DNA of 63,366 nucleotides, the filler included, from Ministeria vibrans ATCC 50519 (Eukaryota; Protista; Filasterea): the NCBI GenBank assembly GCA_943704425.1. It is 5 parts of 5 records of this genome, joined end to end, with 100 filler letters (N's around TTAATTAATTAA, not from the genome) between each part and the next. Parts side by side here need not be neighbours in the genome. Positions count along the whole stretch, not along the records: positions 48,372 to 58,154 come from CALSCP010002459.1; positions 58,255 to 63,366 come from CALSCP010000981.1; 3 more parts are not named here. The stretch is one strand, 5' to 3'. Shown in pieces: positions 48,372 to 61,200 of this stretch. The position numbers and the translations under genes were made by a program. The stretch's first letter is position 1; every line of letters begins with the position of its first letter. The notes beneath the pieces are model-generated. The model had not been told where the DNA came from. It did no database searches and saw nothing but the letters and a program-made list of their open reading frames with translations.

Positions 48372-49889
48372 GTGCGACAGCGTATCCAACAGCTCTCGAC
48401 GGAGGCACCCGACTCCAGAGGGCGCATTCTTCAGCTTCTTGATGGTATGCGTTTTGATGTCTTGCCAGACTCACTCGTCGCCCGAAATTCTTCGCCTAAC
48501 GCTTCTACCTGGACCTCCGACCAGCACCATCACTTGGATCACTTGAACATGTGTCTTTGTTGTCTTTTCCCGTTGCTAGATTGCGGCCTGGTGAACGAGG
48601 TGGTGGAAAGTTTGCGTCTTGACGAGAACGATTTCGAGCCGACACTCCAGTGTCAGACGGAAAGAGCTTCTGTTGCGCCTGGACGAGCCGAGAGTGTATC
48701 TAGTCGCATTGCAGATGTTTTGAAAGGTACAGAATGAACAGGAAAGGCGAGCGAAATCGAGTTGTGATCTTGTGTGTGTGTGTGTGTGTCTGTGCATGTG
48801 TAGCCAACGCCGAGTCCAACAAGCGCCACTTGGTAAGAAGCTGAGCAGGGACCCTCAAGGTGGGTATTGACATTTGTCTAATGTGCAGGTCATTGCTTTG
48901 TCTGGCGGACGCGCTTTCCTCGACGAGCTCACTGAAGTATTGAAAAAGAAAGTTACAAAAATCATTTGAAATGAATGCGTCACCTTTCTTTTTGTGCAGA
49001 GCGATACGTTTGGTGAAAGTGCTCGCGAAAGTGCCTGCGCGATGCTGACCGTCCATATCCACTTTGCGGGTCAGCGAAAGGCCTCCAGACCCACTCTGGT
49101 TGCGTGTGATCCCATTTTTGACGATGTACGGTAGTTGGTGTGTGCGTGTTGAGTGTTGTGAGTGATTCGTTGGTTCGTAGGTGCTTCTGTTTGACATTCC
49201 GTCACGCGACTCAAATGGACAAATGGCAGATGCAGGTGAAGCAAAACAGCACGGCGCGAGACATTTGAGAGAGATATAATGTTTTGTCGCTTAGGTCAAC
49301 TTTTGAGTCTGAATGAAACGGTGTTTGTGTGTGTGACGCGGACGGAGCATACAAGTGACACACAGCAGCGCACACGACTGGTTGCGAGTGCATCGTTTGA
49401 CTGGCGAACGACACTGAGTCGCACGCAGTCACAAGTGCGGCAGACTGTTTCACTTACAGGAACTCACTCCCTCTCGACGTTACCCTTTGGGCTTTTGGAT
49501 CTGACATGTGTAGTTTCACCCGCACTTGCCCTGCCTCTCTCCACCGATGCACTTGCCGCCCAGTTGGATCTGGAGCGCGCTTCTCACTCTGACAGCGAAC
49601 GGTATAGCAATGGGTGTATGTGCGTGTGTGTATGTGTGTGTGGGTGGCACGATTTGACAAATACTAAGACGTATGCCTTTTTTTTACGTTTGTTTCCCTG
49701 CACTTTTGCATAGTTTGTTCCTGTCGTATGCGCGTCAGTGGTGGCGCGACTTTCTTTCCATCCGTCCTTCCCACTCGTCTCGTCTTGTCAAGGTCTTTGC
49801 TCGCTCTCACTCGGCTCTTGCACTTCCTGTCTCGTCCTTTGTGCGTCCCATTGCACTCAATCGTCTCATTGACACTCCCAGAATGGTAA

Positions 49890-49936
<47 letters not shown>

Positions 49937-51495
49937 TTATTTGATAATTAAATTTATATTGTCATTATTAATATTTTTTTACTCTAGGCGGCGCGTTTTG
50001 TGTCATTGATTCCGTTAGAGCGCACTGAGTCTGTTGGTGGAGACTCAAAACAAGAAGAGTGGCTGTAAGAGATTTTAGAGGATTGTGCGTGTGTGTGTGA
50101 TTGAGTGTGAATTATGACTGTTGTTGTCTTTGTTTGGTGTGTTTTGATTGTGTCATTTTGATAGATTGACTTTGATTGAATTGAGTTTGATTGAATTGAG
50201 TTTGATTGAATTGAGTTTGATTCACTAGGGACACGCGTGCGTTTGTGAGTGCGCGCAGGGGCGACATTGAAGAACATGCCATTCTCTTGTGCGGTCTCTT
50301 GTTGGGCTTTGGCCTTCAAGTCAGTATTTTTCCTTATTTCCCGTTCTTTCTTGATCAATAACATTAATCATTATTTTACCTTAGGCATTTGTGAGTGTTG
50401 GGACAAAGAAACATGCAAGTGATGGCACAGAAAAGGCACATTATTGGGTGACAACGGTTGGCGGACCAAACGAAGTCAGAAGAGAAACAAATTGTCTCAT
50501 TCACTCGTCACTCGCGGTCACACTGACTTTTTCTCTCCCCTCTCACTGTTAAGATTGTGTTTTGGGATCCGGTGACGGGCTCTCGTCTAGTCCACTGTGC
50601 GTCTGATTGTGCTGCTGACGATGATTCTGCTGCGGATTTGCCCTACCTCACGCTCTCACTGCTCTTTAATCACCTGGCCTTTTTTGCCAACATTCAAGTC
50701 AGTGATGAAATACGATTCTTTCTCTTGCTCACAATCTTCTTTTTGGTGTCCGTAGCCCTCAAATCGCGTTTCACACTGCGATTTCTCCCTGTATAATTCG
50801 CGCAAATGGAAAGCAATGTCAACCGAGGCACTGCAGTCCGTCTCGTCACACTCTCAGTCCTTCTCTATTCCCCTCTCCCCTCCAACCCTTGTAAGCGCTT
50901 TGATATGGACTGCTCACAAACTCACTGTAACATAATAATTATATTCTTTTAGAATGGTCATGTGTTGGCTGATCAATTGGAGACTGATCTCAAGCAAGCG
51001 TTGCGCTCGCATCGCGCCTCACACAGTCTTGATACGCAGTGGGACGATCGTCTCTCGTTCCTCCTCACACCCGTAACACGCTCCAGACATGTGACGGTCG
51101 TCCACTCATTTTTTTCTTCTTCTTTGCAGGCACTATCTTCGTATGAGTTTGAGCGCACGCATGGTGTGTCGTCAATTGGCAATGAGGAATTTCAACAGGC
51201 GATCAAGGGACACGTCAAGGACGGACACACCTTCAAAGCATTTCCCATTCAATTTGTTCATTGTGATCCGCAGCGGATCATTGCCGTGTGTCGCAAGTAA
51301 GTGATAGGTTTTTGTCTCGGTACACGAGCAAGTGATTGATTGACTCACTCTCGTAGGTCGGTTGCCTTTGATGAGATTGCCCTCCAGCGAGGCGACCAAG
51401 TGCGTCTTGCGCTGCGCTGCGCTGTCACTGTCTTTCCCGAAGACGTCGTTGCCGTCTGGGTCATGTTTGCAGTGTGCTACCGTTCCGTGCTTTGA
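48372..51495 (+). CDS. CEP76: Centrosomal protein of 76 kDa; multi-exon, 5' end lost in gap
   Basis: GGRAFL, LFLSYARQWWRDFLSIRPSHSSRLVKVFA, LIDTPRMAARFV, FQQAIK...TFKAFPIQF, WVMFAVCYRSVL*. Confidence 0.9.
50163..50224. repeat. 15-bp tandem repeat (TTTGATTGAATTGAG) in a CEP76 intron
   Basis: Three perfect units plus partial flanks. Confidence 0.85.
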
Positions 51496-51556
51496 CCAAG
51501 AGTGCACAAGTTCTATTCAAAAATACAAAAATACATATAATTTTACATTGATTCAT

Positions 51557-52899
51557 TCATTCAGCAAGCACTGGAGTTGCATAGTCGAGTTCGAGCGTTT
51601 CGATTTCATTGTCTCTCAGCGCAAAGGTGGCCGTGAACTGGGCAGTGTTGCGACACAGTGGATGACCCTTAACCGATAGAACAAAGGTGCGCTCGGTCGC
51701 TGCATCTGCAAGTATAAAGTGTCGCAAAACAGAGTGAACTGACTACACTCACTGTGCTACAATTTATACAAAGCCACGCATATACAAACATACACACATC
51801 GCAACGTGCACAAAATGCCAAGTGGCAATGGCAACATAGCAACGAACAATATATATATAATATAATAAAATATTAATTATTATTATTATAATTTATATAA
51901 TTAAAATAATTATAATATATATAATATTTTTTTTTTGCAAGTTTATCCAAGCGCACACAAATGTTACCATACAATATACATATAGAGCGTGTATCGTACG
52001 TTGGAGGGTGAGCATGAGAGGAAAAGAGCGCTGAAGGAGCCGTTCGAATTGGGGAAAGGCAGGACTGTCTTGGTGGCGACACGACACGTACACTTGAGTT
52101 GGTGCCGCTCCATCTCCACTGCCAAAAATTGATGTGTTCATCACAAGTCCGTTATTACACCCCTGGGTATCCGCTTACCGAGCCATACGAAGGTAATCAG
52201 CGGCCTCTACAATCATACTGAATGACTTGGCGAGTCGTGCAGCCTCTCGACTCTACAGATTTGTATCATTCATTGCGCACGGAAGGGGCTTGAGCGATAC
52301 TGACGTACTCTGTCTGTCGAGGGAGACCCGCCGCCGCCGCCGCCGCCGCCGGTGCCTGTAGTGGTGTGTGTTTCGAGAGGCACGGGGTCATTTGCGAGAA
52401 TGAGGTCGATGTCGTCGACGAGGAGCAGCGAGGGCGGATTCGGCAAGGGTGCCAAGTGGAGCGAGCAGAAGAAGTGACGCAGACGGACGCCGCTGTCAAT
52501 GTACCTAGAGAGCAATTATATACGGCACTGGCGATGCGGCGTTGGCTGTTTCGTACCGAATGCCAATGCGACCGAGCGTGTTCGGATCGCGCTTGAAACG
52601 ACTTTTTGAAAAGGCCAGCGGAAACGCAGCGCGGAGCTTCTCGCGCGACGAACACACGTACAGCACCGAATTGCCCTGGGAAGCCTCTCTTACTGCCAGG
52701 TTGAACAGAAGCGACGTGCGTCCACTACAACAGACCAAAATCCAAAACGAGTTGTGACTCCAGTGTTGTCTGACCTTCGTTGAGGGCCCATCAGCACAGC
52801 ACCGCTGACACCGGGGTACTCACACTCGGTATGCGCCTTGATAAGCACTCCTTCAAGATCGGGAGAGCCGCATCCCTCAAATAGCGTAGAGATATTCAT
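51557..52899 (-). CDS. SWSAP1: SWSAP1-like RecA/RAD51-paralogue ATPase; multi-exon
   Basis: LMGPQR|SGRTSLLFNLA Walker A, LGRIGIR|Y, LRHFFCSLH, SLLLVDDID Walker B. Confidence 0.7.
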
Positions 52900-53310
52900 T
52901 GTAAATAAAGTGAAGTCAAATCCATGGTGTGATCACCATTCGAATGCATTCACAGACGCTTGCAGTCTCGCTTATCCATGTACCCCCTCCATTAATCTAT
53001 TTGTGTAGACTATCATCGATTAGGGGCTTTTCATGCTCAGATGGAAGCCAACACACATCCCAGAGCCACTAACTGAATCAATCCTTGATCTTGAATATTC
53101 GCTCGAAGAAGACAATAAATACAGCCCATTGATTCATGATGCAGTTATACAATTATCACTTACCAGTTACCACTGAACAACAAGTGAACATGCAAAGAGC
53201 CAAAGACGTGGCCAGACCGCCTTGCAAACTGAACGGAAATTTGAACTTTTGTGTTTTGATGGATTCATCAAAAAAAAGAGGTCGATCGCGAATTAATCAC
53301 AATTATTTTC

Positions 53311-54132
53311 ATGACCACTTCATTAGGGGAAACAGCAAGTGACGAATTTGGGTACAAAGCGTGGTCTGAGGCGCGTAAGCGAGGCGCCGAGGCGTTTGAG
53401 CTGGCCTCTGCGGCGCAATACAAGGAGGCGTCGGCGATGCTGTGCGACGCCATTCTGTCGGGCTATGCCAACGCCCTGGAGGAAATACGGCTGGACCTGC
53501 TGGCCGACACGGTGCACGACTGCATCAAGCATGCTGCTGGGCAGTTGGCGACTCGCGTGTCGTATGCGTTTTTCCTGGCAGCGTCGAATGCGCGCGAGGC
53601 GGCTGTGGAGCTGACTCAAGCAGTGACTGCACTCGACGACGGAGCTGCAAGCGAGACAGACGGGCGGACGAAGCAGCGAGCATCTCTCTTGCGCATGCGT
53701 GGCTGGCTCCACAGCATGTCGGAGCGATGGGCAGACGCACTCACAGACTTGAATGGTGCTCTCGAGGCCAACGACTGTGATCCCATTGCACTTCACTTGC
53801 GCGCCAAAGTGTACGCAGCGACGAAGCGACAGGCTGAGTACGTTGCAGACCTAGAGAGGTATATTGAGGTGGCAGCGCAAGATGTAGCGGGACTTGCAAC
53901 AGTGCATTATGAGTTGATTGTTGCGTTTCCACGACTGAAACGAGGCACACCAGCTGAGGCACTACCACGACTCGAAGCGCTCTTTGCCCGTGCCCAGGCC
54001 ATCGAAGAGGCCCAGCGCCAGGTGTACGGCGACGCATTACAGGGCTCGTCGTCGGAGTTGTTACGAGACGCAGCTCAGCGAATGCTCGAGACAATTCGCA
54101 GTGTTGTCGCGAAAACGAAAACGAAGACGTAG
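53311..54132 (+). CDS. TPR-repeat protein, intronless
   Basis: 273-aa Ala-rich helical ORF; LRMRGWLH...ALTDLNGALE..ALHLRAKVY fits the TPR pattern. Confidence 0.7.
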   Translation: MTTSLGETASDEFGYKAWSEARKRGAEAFELASAAQYKEASAMLCDAILSGYANALEEIRLDLLADTVHDCIKHAAGQLATRVSYAFFLAASNAREAAVELTQAVTALDDGAASETDGRTKQRASLLRMRGWLHSMSERWADALTDLNGALEANDCDPIALHLRAKVYAATKRQAEYVADLERYIEVAAQDVAGLATVHYELIVAFPRLKRGTPAEALPRLEALFARAQAIEEAQRQVYGDALQGSSSELLRDAAQRMLETIRSVVAKTKTKT

Positions 54133-54187
54133 AAAGAAGAAAAAAAAAAGGCAAATAAAAAAGGGATTTGTACAGATGTTAATTGTG

Positions 54188-55140
54188 TCATCTCCTCCAC
54201 GAGTTGAGGCCGGCCATGTTGCGAAGGGTCGTAAACACGCCCTGGACAGTCTCGGGGCGCGCAAGGCCCTGCACGAGTTCCTCAACGTGTCTGCGACTGG
54301 ACCCAATGGTCGCCACGTCGCTCAGTCGACGGTCCACAAAGGCCCATGTGGCGGCAAAGTCGTCTGCACCACTGTCTTGGCACATGTATAGTTCGCTGCT
54401 GGTATACACTCCGGCAAGCAGTGCCCGTTTCGAGTACCAGTTCAACTACACACATTGGGATGAGAAAGATAACAATGGAATGGTGTTCGTGTTGTACGTC
54501 TGTGCTTGTGTCGCCAGCAAGGAACCACATGTCATCGACAAGCTCAGCCAGGTGTTTGAGGCCTTCCGGAGCGTTTTCCGGCATGGCCATCAGTGCGAGA
54601 GCCTAAAAAGTGCAAAAAAATCGTCGCGTGACAGAGATCGAGAGATCGAGAGAGAGAGAGAGAGAGTGGAATGATGAGGGGAATGGTATATATAATCACT
54701 CAATGAGTACGTCAGGAATGTGCTTGATGACGGGCGCGTTGCACTCGAGGCGGTACTTGACAAGGGAGCGAATGCGGACGGGCACCGGTGACCTAGGTAG
54801 GGTGAATGAGGGAGAGAGAGAGATAGAGAGAGACGTACTTTGCAAGCTCTTCTTTTTCGGCAAAATTGTTCATTTTGGAGCGTGATTGGTCGAGGAAAGC
54901 GTGAAGCAAGTCAACAGGCCCCCGCTGCAGAATGCCATGCATGACAGGCGGCATGTCCAGCTTGGCGCAGGCGTCGCGCAACGCCGCATGAGTGAATCCA
55001 TACAACGGGACACTTTCGCTCAGGGCCTTAGTCACCAGTTGACTTCGGATTTCGCTGTCACTTCGCGAGTCCGTCTGGAACAGCCGACACGACACAGTGC
55101 GGCTAGGAAGCAGCGCTGAGGCTCGACGAACAAACAGCAT
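54188..55140 (-). CDS. COQ9: Ubiquinone biosynthesis protein COQ9; 4 exons
   Basis: Mitochondrial-type leader, VPLYGFT, LVDDMWFLAGDTSTD, NWYSKRALLAGVYTSSELYMCQD, TWAFVDRR. Confidence 0.95.
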
Positions 55141-55541
55141 TAAATCAATAAAATTGAAAAAGTGGATAAGTAAACTCTTAACTCTTAGTTTTAAACTCTA
55201 TGCTAAATTGCGAATGTCAGTATGTCACGTCACTCACGTTACACGTAATCACGTATGGCATTGTATTCTGTCTTATTATTATTATTAAATTCTTCTCTTT
55301 CCTCATTTTTTCCTATACCTAATGTCGAAATAAAATGTCGAAAGAGCAACGAATTAACTTGTATACTAGCAAAAGGTATTGAGCAGCGCAAAGGCAAGTA
55401 CAGACTAAGTGACTGGCGCCTGTCTGGCGGGCGGTGAGTCGCTGCTTCATGGTGGTATATAAATAATATATTGTAGGAGAAAAAGCAGTTGTGTATTGTT
55501 ATATAATTACAAAGGGGGTTTGTTTTGTTTGAAGCTTCAAG

Positions 55542-55857
55542 CTACTCCTTCTTGCTGTTCAGGTAGTCGTACATTTCAGACGACGTCCACACCTTGCTCA
55601 CATCGTTCTCTTTCATGTTCTGCCAAGGGAAACTGTGTGGGGGAAAAAATCAGTAAAAGTCGCACTTCTAAAAACGGACAAACTTACGGGTTCTTGGCGT
55701 GGTCCAGGACAAGCTCAGGTTGCTTTCTGAGAATGTGTTGGGTGAAGAAGGCACCGCACGCGAGGGAGTACAGGACACAGCCAACGACAGGCCAAGTTTC
55801 GGGCTTTTGTTTGATGAGTTGGAACATCTTGCCGACTTGCGATGTGAGAGTTGCCAT
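55542..55857 (-). CDS. NDUFA4/B12D-family small mitochondrial membrane protein; 2 exons
   Basis: KQKPETWPVVGCV, one TM, QPELVLDHAKNP|FPWQN; ~86 aa. Confidence 0.75.
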
Positions 55858-56709
55858 GGTGGTAGTAGTAGTTGGTTTAGAAGTAAAGGGTTTAAGGTTG
55901 GTTGCGTGTAGGCCCAAAGGACTCGATGCAAGTTTGAGGTGGGGAAAGAGTGGAAAAAAAGTGAAGAGTGCGAGCTTTTTCTCGCATTTATATTCAGCTC
56001 AGTACAAAGTCGCACTTTCTTGATACGCCTTGTAATGTCTGCAATCACCAATATAAAACTATTATGCAGTGCATGGAAGGAAAAAATCACAAGTTTTACT
56101 AACGAAAATGTGTTGTTGAGGAAAGCGCGAAAAAAATAAAAAGTCGCACTTTTTCGCACTACGTCCCTTGGCGCAATGGCGCCATTGATATAAGAAAGAG
56201 GCGTTGTGAGTGCAATAAATTCATTCATATTCAATATAATCTCTTTTTGCCGTGGAAGCAAGCGTGAGTCAAGCGTCCCTGAGAATATCTGCGAGGATGG
56301 ATGAGCGAAAAAGTAAACAATCAAATTTAAGTCACTGCGAGGGCCCTCAACAGCCGATTATTGTGGCTTTGAGTGAATGATTGTGTAAAACTGTGACTAT
56401 TTGAGGGCTAGCGCGCGCGCGAAAGAGAGAGTGTGTGGTTTGAGTAAGAGATGTTGAAGTCTCCTTCTTGAGTGGTTTCGTTTTTGGATGTTCTTTTTGA
56501 CTGAAAAAGTAAACTCCTGCGTCCACTCCCTCAAGGGTGTACATTAAAACGTGTCAAAGCCAGACAATCTACGACTGCTGTCTGATTGATCACTGTTGTC
56601 TGTCGACTTTCTTATCTGATGTGTGTTTGTGTTTTTACTCTGTAGTTAATTTTATTAACACTTTTAACAGTTCAGTTTCTTTATTACTGTCTTTGACTCT
56701 TCGTGAATA

Positions 56710-58050
56710 ATGTCCCTGGAAGACGCCGTTGGCTCCCTCACCGAACAGCTACTGGCGTGCGTCGAGCAAATATCAGTTGCCAAACAATCCGGTCAAGATG
56801 TACGAATGATTCGAATGATTCGTCTTGTGTTGAGCCCTCTCCTCTCATCCATCGTCACATGATGCCTCTCTTTCCCTCGCAAGCGAGGGTTGCATGCACC
56901 CTCCCCACCCACCATCCCAAACCGTCTATCTTGAGTCTGGTGTGCTCTTCTGTGCGTTTTTTTTTCTTTCTTCTGTTCTTGTCTCTTGTTGGGGAACATA
57001 TCGGGCGCTCATGTTTCGCAGAGCCTCATCCTGTTGGCACCAACCCGTGATTGAGCCGTGCTGACTGTTCGCCGGGGCCCTGTCTTCGCTAGATTTCCGA
57101 TTTGGCCGGAGAGGGGTCGTTGCTGTTCGCTGAGCTCAAGCGCCTCAATCGATCCGCGCACGTGGGCTCGCGAGGCGTGCGTGACGAGACCGACCAGGCC
57201 AAGCATCGCGTCGACAAGTTGAATCTTCGTCTGCAAAACTTGCTTTTTGAGCGAGCACATTTGCACGCAGAAGTGCTCAAGTGTCGACAGTTTCAGTCGC
57301 GCCACGACCAAATCGACCTCATTGGCGAGGAGGAACTGGCCGCCACGGGTGCCGTCATGGCCGACAGTGAGCATGAGCGTCTCCTTGCGCGCCTCAATTG
57401 GGAGCTGGAGGAGCGCGGCGTGCTGAAAGATCGCGTTGTCGAACTCGGTGCACGGAAACAGGCGTTTGTGTCACAGTCAAACGCCGAGCGGGACGTTCTC
57501 GCGAGCCTCCCGGAGAAGCTCCAGTCGGTCATCCAGTCAGTGGAACCGCTGCAAACGGTGCTAGGCGTTCCTCAGCAGGCGACGCGGGCGCGACACGAGA
57601 GCAACGCGCGCAGTCGTCTTCTGCCGCGACCCCTCTTCGTCCTGTTTGCGCAGGCACAGGCGTATGCCGATGCCTTTGAGGCGTCGGACAGCTTTGTCGT
57701 AGAGATTACAGGCGACATTGCGGCAGCGGAGGCCAACGCAGTGCGCGAATCATCGCAAACAACGCCCATGGCCATTGACGAGCACGACGCCACCACCACC
57801 TCTACCATTCCCAGTCTGGAGTCGCGTCGTCGTGAGCTCTTTGAACACCACGACCTGTCCGTCACCATTCAAATGCGCTGTGCCGACTCCGTCTTGGTTT
57901 CCCTATGCTTTGGTTTTGTGCCTCTCTTGGAGGCAGTCACAGTGCGTGTGGCAGTCGACTCTAACACACTCCCCTCTCAACACTCCTCAACCGATCTCTT
58001 TGCAAACACAATGCTCTTCCATTCCCTCTTTCCTTCCGACTCCGGTCTAA
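56710..58050 (+). CDS. THOC5: THO complex subunit 5; exons 56710-56799, 57093-58050; 3' end lost in gap
   Basis: LKRLNR, VDKLNLRLQNLLFERAHLHAEVLKCRQF, HERLLARLNWELEER, LLPRPLFVLF. Confidence 0.9.
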
Positions 58051-58085
58051 GTAAGTCATATGTCAGTGTGTGTGTGTGTTTGTGT

Positions 58086-58123
<38 letters not shown>

Positions 58124-58154
58124 TGTTTGACATTCTTTGTCTTCTCTCCTGTGC

Positions 58155-58254
58155 NNNNNNNNNNNNNNNNNNNNNNNNNNNNNNNNNNNNNNNNNNNNTT
58201 AATTAATTAANNNNNNNNNNNNNNNNNNNNNNNNNNNNNNNNNNNNNNNNNNNN
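58155..58254. other. Assembly linker
   Basis: N44-TTAATTAATTAA-N44. Confidence 0.97.
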
Positions 58255-61200
58255 TCACCCTCATCAATGTTGTCCTCGGCGCGATGCATTCCCACATTGC
58301 CATACATGGGATTCTCCTCCATGTCGCTGGGCACCACCGAGTCAAACTCGGACGCCACCGCGCCACTTAGCGACGACATCGCGGTCAGGGCAAATGCACG
58401 TCGCTCCATTCGCGCACTTCCTGCACCATCAGCACTCTCACGTCGTCGAGACATACGGAACATGTTTCCAATCTTCTGGCGCACCGATGTGCCGTGGTGC
58501 GAGGGAGCACGCTGCAAGGGCAATACTGGCGCAGTTCCATTGAGCGACTGCTCAAACGTGTCCTCGTCCGCCGAACCGTCACGTAGACCTACGGGCACCG
58601 CAGCACGACGACTCGCGCGCACACGTTGCACACCACCACTCATTGTCGACCCAGCATCGCTGCCATTGTGGTCTCCGCTGGGCACGGCCACGTCCACAGG
58701 CTGCAGCGTCGACCAGCGACGTCCAACCGCACGTCGAATCTCGCGCCATGTCTGACCGCGCAGCATAAAGAGAACAAAGAGAAGGAAGCCCTGCGTCGAG
58801 TTAAGAATCACAAAGAGGTACCAGGCCACAAGTCCCGCTCTCAACGCCACAAACGCCATCACCCACGTGAGCGAAAGCGCCACAATTAGCGCCACCGTCA
58901 ACACAATGAGTCGACGGAGGCCCGCATGCGACGAGCTCGAGGCGCCTTTTGTCTTCTCACGAGGCGCAACTGCAGAGGCAAGTTCCGTCTCAGAGGTCGT
59001 CTCGCTGACCACACTCGCAGGGCGAATCTTCGCCTGTTTAGACTTGACCTCGTGTGAAGCTGCATTGACTGAGCGCGACTCTATCAGCCGACGCACCACC
59101 TGAACAATGACAGTCGCGTTGAATATGACCATGAGCGACAGAGGCACCAGTACGGCGCCAATGAGTCCGCCACGCGTCGAAATCCAGCACGCATCTCCCT
59201 CAGCAAGACCAAACACGCGCCCGTTTGTGCCACTGTCCACCAACACAACAATAAGTGCGGCCACAAGAGGCACACCCCAGCCACAGATGATCAGTCGGCG
59301 CAGTGGCGTCGGCGCACCAAACACAGTCACAAGATGGAAGCGCATGTCCCAGGCGACACACATGCTCCAGCACAGCGTTGCTATGAGAAAGTAGTAAATG
59401 AGCGTGCCCATCGCACGACACGTCGTTGTGCCACTGCCCGTCTGTCCAATGCCCGCCAAGAAAAACAGATTCAAAAAGAAAATTGCAAGGGCAAGGTTCA
59501 TCAGAACCTTTTGCGGGCGCAACTTTCGCAGTTTGTCAACGCACACAAAGACTAGCACAATCAGCAGACAGCCCAGCATGGAGAGCGCACACCCAAGATA
59601 GGTGAGTGTCTCCAAGGCAGTCTCGTGCTGCAACGACACCGCCTGCGGCTCAGAGAGTTGATAGCCCGCTAGCAGCGCAAAGGACGTCAAATGGAAACAG
59701 CGACACTGCGTCTGCGTCGCACTCGTCCACAGCAGCTCACAGCCTTCCTCACTCCACTCGAGCGCATCCTCGTCCCAGTACACACACGCACGTGGTGCTG
59801 CAATCTTCACTCGGTGATCAAACGTGAGCAGCACCGCCGTGGCATTGCTCAGGCCTGATACCGACGCATTGCCAGTGTGCAAACCGGCTGTCATCGAGAG
59901 CACGGACGAGTCAATGCGCTCTGTCTCGTTGTCCACGCGCGACACGAGCGGCGAACGCCGAAACTCAACCAGACTCGCGTCAATACAACCACTTGTCGCA
60001 AGCGACGGATGCTGCAAGAGGACCTCGTCAATGAAACCGCGCTGCAGCTCCACCGTGCCCTGTGCTCCCGCATAGCCGTGCTCAAGGTGCGTGCCATTGG
60101 CCGCACGCTGCAGCACCACACGCAGACTCCTGGCACTCAGCTTGGTCTGTTGGTCGCACGCCTCGCGTCGCAGCAATACCTCTGTAAATTTGTGGGCCAG
60201 TGTCGCAATCTTGTTCGACTGTGTGCTCTCATTTCGAAGAGCCTAAACAACAAACATATTAAATCAGGTGCATCATTTTTTACTTTTTTTTGGTTTTGTG
60301 TTTTTGCATCTTACGTCGAGCGATTTGTCTTCAAGAAGCGACCCCAACGACACAAATGTGTTGTCGGTAGCATTGACGGTTGCAGAGGACTCGTTGCTCA
60401 GCGAAAAGTCAATCACTTCGTCGAGTGACTCAAGAATGATCCCAACTGAGCGCGATGCGTCGGTGGTGTTGATCCACTCGGCGTTGTGCGTGACTTGAAC
60501 AAGGCGATTGGTGTTTGCCTCGAGTGTCTCATGTGTCTCCGTGGGAGTCTCCAAGAGTACCTGCAGTAGACAGACGACCGAGTCGAGCGGAGCATTGCCC
60601 ATAAGCTGCGCGCGTCCCCCATTCACCACGGGCCAGTCCACATAGCGCGGAGTGCACAGCTGTGGATTGTTGAACACACGCACCACTCCTGCGACACTCG
60701 CGAGCTGGTTGAGGTCCTCAAGGGTGCGCAACTCGGCATTTGATGCGATTGTAAGATCTCCGCCAATTGTCAAGAGTGACTCGAGACCCGAGAGCGCCTC
60801 AAGTTCCAACCGTACGAGCTCTATGGAACCGCCAAATGCAGTGATGCTACTATTCATCAGAGCAACATTCTGCAGAGCAGCACAACCGTCCAGTGTGACC
60901 CGCGACAACACTACTCCACGAGACACGACGTCGGGCACAAATGTATTTAGAGGTGTGGTGAGCGCACCGAGGCGCTCAAACAGCACTGTGCCCACAACCG
61001 ATGCAACAGGGAATGCATGAATGTGGGTCAGGGCGGCGCAGTCACTCATGCGAACATCTGTTACATTGACCACCGAATCAAATCCACCCACCGTGTGCAG
61101 CACGGCATTGTCTAAGATACTCAACGAAGGAAGCAACACAAGCGACGCAAACGGACAGGCAAGTGTCTGAAGAGCGCCATTGCCACTGACCACAAAGGAC

